A stretch of 50,790 nucleotides of DNA from Octopus bimaculoides (GCF_001194135.2 NC_068992.1:27744402-27795191); one strand, 5' to 3'; positions 26,444-38,680 are shown, numbered from the stretch's first letter. Notes: a model not told the origin generated them from the sequence alone. Program-made: numbers and translations.

Positions 26444-27259
26444 CCTATCCTGATTTTGAGAAACGGTAGGCTGTATCCATGCATGTAATAAGAGACAACT
26501 AAAAGGTTTGGCACTAAGAAGAATATCCGGTTGTAAAATACTGATTCAAAAAGTCCTATCCAACCCATGCCAGTACAGAAAAGCAAACATAAAAATACTA
26601 CTGCCACTGCCAATGACAAAGGTGATATATTGCTGAATATGACAACTGTTAGTTAAAAATATCCCAGAAAGTATTTACAAGAAAAATTAGAAAATCCAGT
26701 CGGTTATAAAGAGCATAAATCAGAAACACAACACAATGAAGAAGTGTAAATTAAGTGAAATACTGCTCTTGTAATTTACCTATCAACACCTAGATAGGTA
26801 AACATCATTTCCTTTTGTCTACTTATCTATAACTAAGTATTGGAGTGGTTGGTTGGTTGGTTGGTGCTAGATTATCCATCAATACTTACTACTAATGTCT
26901 AACAAGTCAACAAAAACTTTCTATGTGGTTGTTTGATCTACTAACAATAGCTGCTAAATCTCTCCCAAATTAAACCCCCACTATGTTCAGAAATGAAAGA
27001 AGACACTGGGTAATGTAGTTCCAGACAAAACAAAAAGAAGGGAGGGGGATAGTCAACCAAAAATAATTTTGCAGTCAGAGGTTTGAATATGAACTCTTCA
27101 GATATCTACCTACATAAATTTGAAGAACTACTGCGAAGCGACCTTCTGATCTTTCTTTCTTTCTTACATTTGTAATATTAGAATATGAATTTTCAGAATA
27201 TCTATCTATCTATGAAGAACAACTATGAACTCCAATTTTCCTGTTTTTCTACTTAACTA

Positions 27260-28507
27260 CACAAACATAAGTAAACAGACATCTTTATAATTGTTAAAAT
27301 TTATTTAAATCTGAAATTATACATTCAAATTATTTATCAATTATTATAATGTGAATATCTAATATTTAGTAGACATGCCCCTTGCATTTTTCAATGCAAG
27401 GATCCTATAGGGAATGCTACTGATCAGATGACAAATATTCTCTTGGGGAATTTCTTGCCAAGTTTTATGCAGTAATCTCAAAAGATCTGGCTTTGAGGAT
27501 GCTTTCTTGTTTCTTTTTTACAAAATGTCCTGTCCATTATGTCCCAGAGATGTTCAATAAGGTTCATATCTGGTGACTGGCTTGGCCATGGAGGTTTTTT
27601 AATACCATTCTTTTCCAACCTATTTTGGATCTTTTTAGCCATGTAACAAGGAGCCTCATCTTTCATAAATAAAGAGTCTTCTTTAATCATTTCACCATTG
27701 GAGAAGATTGGAAGGAGGCCCTTCTGCAATATGGACATATATTTATCTGAGTTTATGTTTCCATCACACTCCACCAGCTCTGATTGACCATTGCTCCAAA
27801 TTGCTTTCCAGACCATCACAAGTTGGCTGCCTTGTTTCATTGTTGGCAGCAATCTTTTCATGTCAAACTCTTGATCACAGAGTCTCCAGACCCACACTCA
27901 ACTACTGTAAGAAAATACAGCAAATCTGGACTCATCAGAGAATATGATAGTGTCCCAAAATGCTAGTGGCCACTCTTTCATCTCACTGGTACAATCTTTT
28001 CTCCACTTGATACTGGATGGTTGAATAAGTGACTACCTTCTTGCTGTTCTGTCATAGTAGCCAAGTTTGTGAAGATATCTGACAGCTGTTCCAGGACTGA
28101 CATCAACTTGTTCTGCTATGTCAGAGGCCTTGCAATGAGGATTATCTTCCACACTTCACTTAACAAAGCAAAGGGTCCTGCCATAAGGCCCTGGTCAACC
28201 TGGGCAAGGTGATGTGGACTCCTTCCCCTCTCTGGTGAATTACCCAATCGCCCTATTTATTAACTGCAGAAAGCAGGATCCCAAGGTTTTCTGTGATTTT
28301 ATGCTAAGTCCACCTTCACATTGACCCACAATACAGCCTCTTTGAAATTTGGACAGTTCCAAGGCTTCTTTTGTATGTGGCATGATTAAACAATCACATA
28401 CTGAACCTGAAACATAAAAATGTCCATTATTAAAAAATATAAACCTTTTCAAGTTAAACATAAAACAATATTTTATGGGGTGTCTATTTACTCCTGTCAT
28501 GTCTGTG
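27260..28507 (-). mobile_element. Tc1-family (DD34E) DNA transposon, pseudogenised
   Basis: N-terminus MPHTK..LSKFQRGCIVGQCEGGLS, then IIFSDESRF, VMVW..NSDKYMSIL and FMKDEAPCY..WPSQSPDMNLIEHLW (34 aa between D and E). It has in-frame stops. Degenerate TIRs CACAAACAT..AGTAAACAGACA / TGTCTATTTACT..ATGTCTGTG are each bounded by TA. Confidence 0.9.
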
Positions 28508-28518
28508 TATTTTTATAC

Positions 28519-28970
28519 TATTGTGATACTCAGGGAGGGTTATCTTTTGTCAATTCAACACACACACACTATCTATTTGATCTTCACTTTAGTTTCATTA
28601 TTATTATTATTTTTAGTTTAGTCATCTGTCAAAATTCTTTCATCACACGCTTTGTGACCTCTTCAGTGACTTTCTGACCCATATGTCTCCTCTTATCCTG
28701 CCTGTATCTGTGTACACGAATGCAAACATAAATGCATGTGCAGGTAGAGATACATACCACAGAGAGACAAAACAGAATAAGCAGGACAAGAGGATGCACA
28801 GGGACAGAAAGTTGCTGAAGAGGTCACAAAATGTGTAACAAAAGAACTTTGACAGACAAATAAACTGAAAATAATAATAATAATGATAATAAAGCTAAAG
28901 TGAAGATCAATAAATGATGTGGTGCATGTACTTAATTGGCAAAAGATAACCACTCCCAAGTATAACAATA
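28519..28970. mobile_element. ~450-bp foldback/MITE with ~180-bp imperfect inverted arms
   Basis: 28519-28701 is reverse-complementary to ~28780-28970 (TATTGTGATAC..GGTTATCTTTTG.CAATT..GATCTTCACTTTAG..GTGACCTCTTCAG..CTCTT.TCCTGC). TA at both outer ends. Confidence 0.8.
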
Positions 28971-29214
28971 TCTGTTTCAACAAATGTTTTCACATCAAGA
29001 ATCTAGAAAAACAAATACATAAACATATATTTATACTATTTTATAAATGCTTTGATGTCATTAACAACTACCTGCCCATCTCTTTGTTTAGTGTACTTAC
29101 ATTAGCTCAACCAGTACACTGCCTATCGTCAACTTATGTTTGCCCGGATTCCGTCTCATTTTGTTTAACATTGAATTTTATATATCTGGTACAATCTGAG
29201 CACTTGTTATCTCA

Positions 29215-29400
29215 TCGTCATCACCATCATCATTATTTAACATTCCTTTTCTGATGCTGGCATGGATTGGATGGTTCAACATGAACTGGCAAGCCAGCAG
29301 GCTGCACCAGGCTCCAATCTGATCTGGCAGAGTTTCTACAGCTGGATGCCCTTCCTAACACCAACCACTCCGAGAGTGTAGTGGGTGTTTTTACGTGCCA
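29215..29400 (-). mobile_element. 5'-truncated RTE tail
   Basis: (CAT)n..GCTGGCATGG..CTACAGCTGGATGCCCTTCCTAACACCAACCACTCCGAGAG. Confidence 0.8.
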
Positions 29401-29643
29401 TAGTATTACATATATAATGGTTTAGGCTGAACTCCTTTTCCTCATAGTTCTGCTCAGGCAGTACTGACCTTGAGTTTAAACAACAGTTTGAAGGGATAAA
29501 GGATAGTCAAGTTTTATGAGATTTGAACTCATCACAAACACTAGACAGAGAGCACCTAATGATAAACTGAGGCTTAACTATTTATTCTCTGTAGATTTTT
29601 ATTTTCCAGTAATAGTGAAAGAAATTCATATACAATTACTGTA

Positions 29644-30470
29644 CAAGGTCTGATCAATAAGTATCAGGATTGTTGCCATAGTAATGAAGCTGATGCACAC
29701 AGAGTGAAGTCACTTGGCACAGATTGACATTGATGTCTGCTATGCATGTGCACTAAATTTTAATATTCTAGATCACTTCCACTGTTTACAGCAGTGCTTC
29801 GAAGTAACGTATGTAACGTGTGATCATCGCATTGACCATGACGGAGACAGTTGTCATGGCAATACCTGCTCAGAGGCCAACACAAAGTTGCAGAAAACGT
29901 ACGGAGAGGAATGTATGAGCCACAAACAAGTGTACAAATGGTTCAGACATTTTCAAGATGGCCAAAAAAACGTTGATATTGACAAACATTCTGGGAAGCC
30001 TGCAACCAGCAGAACTGAGAAAGACATCGCAGATGTGTGTGCAGCTGTGAGGGGAAATCATCGAATCACCATCTGTGAGTTATTAGAGGATGTGCAGATT
30101 AGTCAGTCCATCATCACTGATGATTTGGATATGTAACATGTATTTGCAAAGTTTGTGCCAAAACTGCTTTCAGCTGACCAAAAAGACGCTCGGGTTTCAG
30201 TAGCACAAAATCTCTTCGACTGTGTTGCGAACAATGAGAACTTTTTGAAAACTTTGTGTAGGCCTCTGAGCAGGTACTTTCTCTGTCATGGTAAATGTGA
30301 CAAATGCACACTACACACATTATGTCAAACAGCAGAAGTGAGCTAGAACGTTAAAACTTAGTGCACATGCACAGCAGAGTTCAAGGTCAATCTGTGCCAA
30401 GTGGCTTCACTCTGTATGCTTTAACTTCGTTATTATGGCAATAATCCAGATACTAATTGATCAGACCACG
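29644..30470 (+). mobile_element. Internally deleted mariner element with 128-bp TIRs
   Basis: TA|CAAGGTCTGATCAAT..(29644-29771) and (30343-30470)..ATTGATCAGACCACG|TA. Encodes the mariner N-terminal HTH (KLQKTYGEECMS..VYKWF..FQDG..D..SGKP; FVPKLLS.DQK..RV) but no catalytic domain. Confidence 0.9.
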
Positions 30471-32665
30471 TATACTTCAGTAAGTATAAGGAAGTCTATA
30501 TTTCACTGAAGAAGACAAATAAGACCAAAACATATTTGGAATTGTATCCCATACATACTGAAATGATCAAAATAATATTAGTCTTTTCAACACCATGTAA
30601 TTTTTCCTTATTAATTTCTTGTTACTCCTTGCATAATTTTCTTAATACTAAACTATGATTCAAAACATCTTGCTTTTATTAAATAATATATAAAAGGTAA
30701 AGTAAAAAAGATGAGGTGAAAATGCTTTCAATCAATCCTCATAAGAGCATGTTACTTAATAACACTGACACATACAAAAAAATTAATAAATATATTTTGT
30801 TGATGAGACCTGCTACTGGTACCATGTAAGCCAGTACTACCTGTTCCATGATCGAGCGATTGGCAACTAAACCAGTTCCCCCACTTAAGTAGCTTGCTGC
30901 TCTTGTGAATAGGGTGTCTGGACACTTAGCAGGAATAAAAACAAGACCTGTCGAAGGACGGATGGTCCCCTTGTGGGCCAATGGCTCGCTAACTGGAGAA
31001 GGCAATGACAAACCACCATAATATCTCTGCCAGAAAAACACTACGAGAAAGTCAGAATGAAGTAATGCTATGGTTTGATCCAATGAGAGAAGTCTTGCTT
31101 AATCAGGAAGTCTTTGAATGTAGTGTCATCAATGCGCTGTAAAATGTATGATACATGACAACGACAATAGTCAGAGCAGGCAGAGAAGTACTTCTGGCCA
31201 TTTCCAGGGTCTTTATGACAAATGGAGGAAAGGAATAAATTATCTTCAGACTACACACCTGATCTGAATCCTTGCAACTGAGTGAACACTACTAACGGCA
31301 CTCAAGGGACTGTTAGTGATGTTTACCGACATCTCTCTAAACTAGTCTTTCTTTCTCCAGTGCAAACACCCAAAGTACATTCACAGTAAATTATGTTGCT
31401 ATGTAGAAGAACCCTTGAGGGAATAATTAGTATCCAGCTTCACAATATTCCGTATTAATATTAATCATATTGATTCAGACTAAGTGTATATTAAACATTT
31501 GATTATCTTCATGCAATCAATAACCATAAAAAGCCAATCCTACATTATCTATATTTTTTTTCCTATCATTTGTTGCACCAAACATAGATAAATTGCATTA
31601 CTTCTCCTTGAAGGGAAGTTTGATGTGTTATTTTTAATTCAATAACAATTTAGTATTTCTTGCATTCAGTAATCAGTTCACTTTTGAGATTGTGTGAAAC
31701 AGGTTAAAAAGTAAGTGTTCATTTCTCAGAGATGCTCCCCCACCACTTCTACATACCACATATATTCATATAAATATGACACAAAACTAAGCCATCACTG
31801 TAACAACTTCAATGAATGCTCTGTTCATGGTCAAAGCAGACAATTATTGAATTTGATTGACATCAGTGTTCCAGCCACAGATATTGATTATGAGTATCAC
31901 TATAATATCGATGACAATAAAGGATGTCAACACTTTATATAATATTATTATATTAAATTCAAGTCAATATGTGAGTGTCCACATAATCATTTACTTAGAT
32001 TGTTGTTTCTCCTGCCACAAATATCCTAACATCTTCAAAATGGATACCACATGTTTTAAATACTTAATCTTATAACATACCTTACAATAAAGATAAATGA
32101 CTGACTGTTTCCTAAGCTCCATCAAGGGATTTTTAATCTATACTTTATAACTCCAGTTTCATGGCATTAACTGGATGAGGGGAAGATCTCCCCATGGAGA
32201 GGATCAACATTCACAGATCTGATAACTACCCCTGACATTTAAGGGAAGTAAGACATATGCAATTAAGTGTATAGTTCAAATAAACAATGAAACTGTACTC
32301 AAACAATTGGTGAGTCAGTAGTCCATAATATCAATATGGTCAACTTATGAAAATGGAACGACCACTGCTATGAACATCAATCAATTGCTTTCATTAATTG
32401 CTTCCATGTCATAGGATTCTCTCAGCTGATAAACAGGGATAACCAAATATTATGAAACTTTAATTTGCACTATTTACAGAATTGTTGTTGTTTAGCCTTA
32501 GCTCAGCTTTGACTGAACAGACATATGATGAAAGGCATTCCAGTGATGACCATTCCATCCATCATTCAAGCATTGTTTATCTAAGATTACATCATCTAAT
32601 GTGTCCTTCCCTTTTCAAAACAGTAAAAACAGTAAAAGTAAATGCCTCTCTGTTTATGTTCACAA

Positions 32666-32880
32666 GTGGAGACACAATGGCCCAGTGGTTAGGGCAGTGG
32701 ACTCGCGGTCATAGGATCACGGTTTCGATTCCCAGACCGGGCGTTGTGAGTGTTTATTGAGCGAAAACACCTAAAGCTCCACGAGGCTCCAGCAGGGGAT
32801 GGTGGCGAACCCTGCTGTACTCTTTCACCACAACTTTCTCTCACTCTTACTTCCTGTTTCTGTTGTGCCTGTAATTCAAA
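32666..32880 (+). mobile_element. Family A SINE, 5' half only
   Basis: Near-identical to 14267-14480; similarity stops abruptly after TGTAATTCAAA. Confidence 0.9.
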
Positions 32881-33291
32881 TGGTTATATTTATGCACTTT
32901 TGAGGAATGAAATATTGTAAATTTAAAAATCTGTCCAACCCATACCATAAGACAGACTACAAAAGAGATGAGAAACTGAACGCTGACAAGGACAATAGTG
33001 GTAAAAGTAAAATTATAACTGATGCTTGTTATCAATTCTACTCTCACTACAGCAAATCCAGCCCTTTAATTATCCCAGTAATTAATATCAATTTTGATGA
33101 CCTTCAGATATACATTCTGTCTTCGTCTCCTTTATTTCTACATGGTTACTTACTAGCACTGTTTAAACTGAAGCACTCAGTGCTCATCCCTGATAAGGTC
33201 ACTCAGGTAAACCTTGTAGCAAATATAGGTGAAAGCACTTGTTTTGCACTTGCAAACCAACATAAATAAACAAACTAGGCATAACATACTT

Positions 33292-33324
<33 letters not shown>

Positions 33325-34620
33325 ATATCTATTTCTCCTTTAGTGTTGCTATGACACTACAACTATTTTGATTAGACCCCTCAAGAGCTTCATGGAGAAG
33401 TGCTATTATAACTAGTACAACAAGGACAGTGGAAAGACTTGAGAGTTTTTAGATTGGGAGAAAGCACAATATAATTGATAATTATGTTCTCATTTAACCG
33501 GGTATTTTCGTTAGACTCTGAAGAGGTGTAAGACTGCTGCACCAGGCTGGAAGTAGTGTGAGGAAAGGCACTGAAACATCAAGATCAACATAGTTATGTT
33601 TATAACATTCTATAGCCTACAACATCAGCACCAAAGAGAGCAGAGAACAGCTACATGGGCAACTGTGGTTTTTCTATGCACTCTAGCACAGGTTGCACTC
33701 TTCTGAGGACACTCCCAGTGTTGGCTCACTTTGGGCAGGAAGACTTTCCAAGGACAGATCCTAGTCTCATAAGACATCACCATCATCATCGTGGTTTTAT
33801 GTCTGTTTTTGATGCTAGAACGGATTGGGCAGGCTGTCATGGTATGAGTCCGAGTTATTCAGAGTTACTGACCTTGGACAAGGGTTAGTTGAGGTTACTT
33901 CTGGCTTTCAAATTCCATGTATGGCATATTTTCTACAGCCTTTCCTATTGCCAGCCACTTTATATGGTGTCCTTCATGCATTTTATCCCAACACCAAAAC
34001 TAAAGGATGTTGTCATATCTTGGTCAATGTAAAGAGTTTTCTAAACCCACCATAGTCTCCATACATTCACTGACCACTTTACAAATTGTACTGGGAGTGT
34101 TTTATCATTACACCAATACTATAGAGATTACCTTGACTGCAGCAACACCATTAAGAGTTGTCATTTGACAAACATTTTACAAAATCTAGTGATTGTATTC
34201 TATCAAGTCACAAGCAATAGAGAGGTTGTCTGGTCTGTGGTAAGACTAAAGAATCTTTACAACCCTACCCTATCTCCATTTATTTGATGCCCTATTCCTA
34301 TCAGGAGATGAGAAAATGATAAAAGGGATCAAAGCAAGAGAAACATCAAGTGGAGTGAAAAGGTGATAGAGGGAGAGAATGATAGGAAAGAGTGATAAAT
34401 TGCTATGGAATGAGAATGAGAGTGACGGATGTGAATAATGATTAACAGGGAAAAGAGAGAGCAATACAGTGAAAATAAGAAGGGTGAAATACAAAGAAGT
34501 GCAGTGTCGTCCCTCATGATACAAGCACTGTGATGGAAGAGGCAAAGTATGGAACATGCAAAGGAAGTGTGGTCCCCAACCTACCAAGAAGAGTAGGAAA
34601 TCTAAACAAGAAAAAAAACT

Positions 34621-34965
34621 GTACCACTTAGGTACAGGCATCAATGTAATTGACTGGTCCCCTCCCTCAAAATTTCAGGCCTTTGTACCTATGGTAGGAA
34701 AAGTCATCACTGCCATCACAAGCAACGTTATTATCATCATCAAGGTGGTGAGCGGGCAGAATTGTTAGTATGCCGAGTGAAATGCTTAGCAGTATTACAG
34801 CTGTCTTCACGTTCTGGGTTCAAATTCTGCCAAGGTCGACTTTACCTTTCATCTTTTTCAGGGTCGATAAAATGAATATCAGATGAGTATTGGGGTCAAT
34901 GTAATTGACTATCCCCCACCACTAAATTTCAGGCCTTGTGCCTATAGTAGAGAGGATCATTATTA

Positions 34966-35003
<38 letters not shown>

Positions 35004-35500
35004 GTGGCAAGCTGGCAGAATTGTCAGCATGCTAAACAAAATGCTGAGCAGAATTTCATCTATCTCTATATTCCAAGTCCAAATTCTACTATGAACAACT
35101 TCACCTTTCATCCTTTTGGGGTCAATGAAAAAAGCACCAGTTGAACACTGAGGTCAATGTAACTGACTCCTAAAATCCCTCTCCTAAAATTTCAGGCCTT
35201 GTGCCTACAGTGGAAAGGATTATTATTATCATTTATTAATATTATCATTATTATTATTACTATTATTATAACTATTATTATTATTATTATTATTAAGGTA
35301 GCAAATAGTTAGCATGCTGGGCGAGATACTTAGTGGTATTTAACCCATTGCTATGTTCTGTGTTCAAATTCCGCCGAGGTCGACTTCGCTTTTCATCCTT
35401 TCGAGGTCGATAAATTAAGTACCAGTAAAATACTGGGGTCAATGTAATCAACTAGTCCCTTGTGCCTTCCAGTAGAAAGGATCATCATTATTATTATTAA
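34621..35500 (+). mobile_element. Head-to-tail stack of four family F SINEs separated by (ATT)n
   Basis: 3' half at 34621-34702, then copies at 34742-34957, 35004-35220 and 35295-35482. Each ends in GCCT..GTAGAAAGGAT followed by (ATT)n or (ATC)n. Confidence 0.88.
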
Positions 35501-36630
35501 AATTACTACTACTACTACTACTAAGGCCTTGTCCCAAAATTAGACAGAATTATTAACCTCATCACAATCATTATTTATTCACAACTGTGGCTTGTCCTTT
35601 TACTGATCCCACACACAATATACACATACACACACCTTTATAAAGCAACCTGGTTCTGCAGCATAAATTACAAAATAAGCCATGAAGGTTTTCTTGGTGT
35701 TGGTTGCTCTGGGGGTAAACAATATCAACAACAACTTTTTACTCATTTTGTAAAGAAACTATTAGGCATGGGGAATTAGCTGCTTTATTTTCCAGCAATT
35801 GTTGCTCGGTCAGAAGAAATAAATAATAGATGAAGTAGAGTGTCTTGACTAACTAAACAAACAGATAAACACTAGAGACAGACAGACAGACAGACAGACA
35901 GGGGGAAGGAGAGAGAGTTAACAACATTGAAGGCATCGTGGCATCATATCAGCATCACAACCTGACTGAGTAATTTCAAACTTGACCAGGAAACAACACA
36001 ATGACGGATATCAGGTTTGTGGTAATATCTGTTCCTGTTGAAGAACTTGTGTAAATTATTAATTGAAAAGCTAGCACAGTGATATAGATAAAACATCTAC
36101 CAGCTGAGAATAGCTATTTCCTTCTCTAATATACCTATAAAAGTCCCCCCTCATCCTTCGACCTTGTGGCAAATAAATGAAATCATTATTATTATTATCA
36201 TCATCATCATAATCATTGTAGTTGTCATCATCATCATAATCATTGTAGTTGTCATCATCCTCATCATCAAGTTTTGTCTCTCATATATACATAACATATT
36301 TCATGTCTGGATATAATGTGATAGAAGACAATGTGTATGCAGTTTCGTTTCTATACTTTAATATGACATAAAACATTATTAATAAGGAAGTGCTTACTCA
36401 ATTCACACACAGGCATGCAACAAAATAATAAACTTCCCACACACATATATATATTTATAATACTTTATAAGAAGACGGGTGACAGTGACTTCGAAGTTTC
36501 TACATGCTAGGAGGCCAAGACTTTGAAGTCACTGTCAACACTCTTCTTGTAAAAGTATAATGTACTCTACAAAAAATATAATTCTTCTCTTTGGTGTCAA
36601 GTTTTTTATAACTTGACATAAAAACAAACA

Positions 36631-36696
<66 letters not shown>

Positions 36697-36957
36697 GTAA
36701 TTGATGGACTTTCATGTTGATATTGATTTATGAGCGATCAATTAAACATCTAATCATTGAATTATTATATGAAGTACCAGTGATGGAGTATTCCAGACAC
36801 TTTGTATCCTTCAAATAATGTTCAGGAAGAATCAACAGGTGTGACAAGTGGTCATCAGAAGATCGTCAAAGGTGTAATATTGAAATGAAACCCAGCACCT
36901 TATGATTACGAAACAAACATAAGTGCCACTTCACTATCTCTCTGTCTCTGTGTATAT

Positions 36958-36958
<1 letters not shown>

Positions 36959-36989
<31 letters not shown>

Positions 36990-37189
36990 TTAACGTCCAC
37001 TTTCCATGCTAGCATGGGTTGGACGATTTGACTGAGGACTGGTGAAACTGGATGGCAACACCAGGCTCCAATCTGATTTGGCAGAGTTTCTACAGCTGGA
37101 TGCCCTTCCTAACGCCAACCACTCAGAGAGTGTAGTGGGTGCTTTTATGTGTCACCTGCACGAAGGCCAGTCAGGTGGTACTGGCAACA
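36959..37189 (-). mobile_element. 5'-truncated RTE tail
   Basis: (ATC)n TTTAACGTCCACTTTCCATGCTAGCATGGG..GGATGCCCTTCCTAACGCCAACCACTC, next to TGTATATA. Confidence 0.88.
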
Positions 37190-37464
37190 GTGTCTGAAGA
37201 GCATGAGGAAGAGTGGCAATCCCTTAAGTGGTTTTGTAAACTGGTTTTTGAATGACAGGCTCTGATACACTTAGGGCAAATACATAAGATTTGGTCAGAT
37301 GGGTCATGAAGATGACTCTTTTTCTTCTTTGCCATTTCTCATCTGCCACAGTTGCTTGGCCTCAAAATTACTTGCAGCAGTCAGGAAGTAATCTTGCCAC
37401 ATTCTCCCTATGCTGTAACTTCTTCCCACCGAGTGGGGTTCTATCCTTGCCTTACACCACATAT

Positions 37465-37850
37465 TTGTTGTTGGCACTCCGTCGCTTTCGACGTCGAGGG
37501 TTCCAGTTGATCCAATCAACAGAACAGCCTGCTCGTGAAATTAATGTGCAAGTGGCTGAGCACTCCACAGACACGTGTACCCTTAATGTAGTTCTCGGGG
37601 ATATTCAGCGTGACACAGTGTGACAAAGCTGACCCTTTGAATTACAGGAACAACAGAAACAGGAAGAAAGAGTGAGAGAAAGTTGTGGTGAAAGAGTACA
37701 GCAAGGTTTGCCACCATCCCCTGCCGGAGCCTTGTGGAGCTTTAGGTGTTTTTGCTCAATAAACACTCACAACGCCTGGTCTGGGAATCGAAACTGTGAT
37801 CCTATGACCACGAGTCCGCTGCCCTAACCACTGGGCCATTGCGCCTCCAC
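37465..37850 (-). mobile_element. Full-length family A SINE
   Basis: 12-bp TSD TACACCACATAT at 37453-37464 and 37851-37862; A/B boxes and (AAC)n tail. Confidence 0.93.
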
Positions 37851-37889
37851 TACACCACATATGGATCACTGTAAATCAGCATGAAAGGA

Positions 37890-38387
37890 CACACTCTTAA
37901 CACAGTCAAACACTTAACCTGCCCGAGGAAGTGGTGTCATTTCTAATGACACAAACTGTGAAAATAACATTGACAACCACATTGCCAAAGCCAACACCTC
38001 CTCTAGACATCTATAGAAGGGAGTATGGCAGAACCATGTACTGCACCTGGATCAAAGTCTACAAGGCAGTTGTCATCATTATTCTCCTCTATGGGTCAGA
38101 AGCTTGAGGGCTGTACAGGAAGCAGGTCAATCTGCTGGGGCACTTCCACCAAAGATGCACTTCACTCCATCAGAGATATCTCGTTGAAGCAACACATCAT
38201 CAACAATGAAGTCCTCCAGCAACAACTTGAGGTGTTGATACCATGATGCTGCTCAGACAGATGAGATGGACAGGCCATGTCTCATATATGAACAATTCTA
38301 GAATAGCAAAGGCCATATTTTATAGCAAACTCAGCCAGGACAAAAGAGACAGAGGAACCCCACTGGAAGCATTTCAAAGACCAGCTG

Positions 38388-38390
<3 letters not shown>
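37890..38390 (+). mobile_element. Decayed BovB-like RTE ORF2 C-terminus (second RTE lineage)
   Basis: Broken frames read IDNHIAKAN..VWQNH..IKVYKAVV..LLYGSEA..LYRKQV.LL..FHQRC and RWTGHVSYM..SRIAKAIFYSKLSQ.KRDRG.P. These are typical of the BovB/RTE thumb and distinct from the RTE at 45908. Confidence 0.75.
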
Positions 38391-38418
<28 letters not shown>

Positions 38419-38575
38419 TGTATATATACACGTCTTTTTGTTTTGTTTTTTTATTTACAGTGGAATACGAAGCATAGAAAACTCTAAATAATATGTAAAT
38501 ATTGGGTTAAAATAAACACTTGGAGACAAAAATGTCAGTTTCTAAATTAAAATGCCATAAATAATATGTGTATCT

Positions 38576-38622
<47 letters not shown>

Positions 38623-38632
38623 NNNNNNNNNN

Positions 38633-38680
<48 letters not shown>

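Noticed and set aside
28420-28983. Twin ORFs on opposite strands with DLHFSFIIIII..FVTSS
   Set aside because: A by-product of the inverted arms of the foldback element.
30739-31083. 114-aa minus-strand ORF as an alternative intronic exon
   Set aside because: No homology I recognise and no convincing splice sites.
33518-33550. CTGAAGA-GGTG..CACC hammerhead-like start
   Set aside because: Stem II is not followed by GAAA and there is no stem I/III or cleavage triplet.
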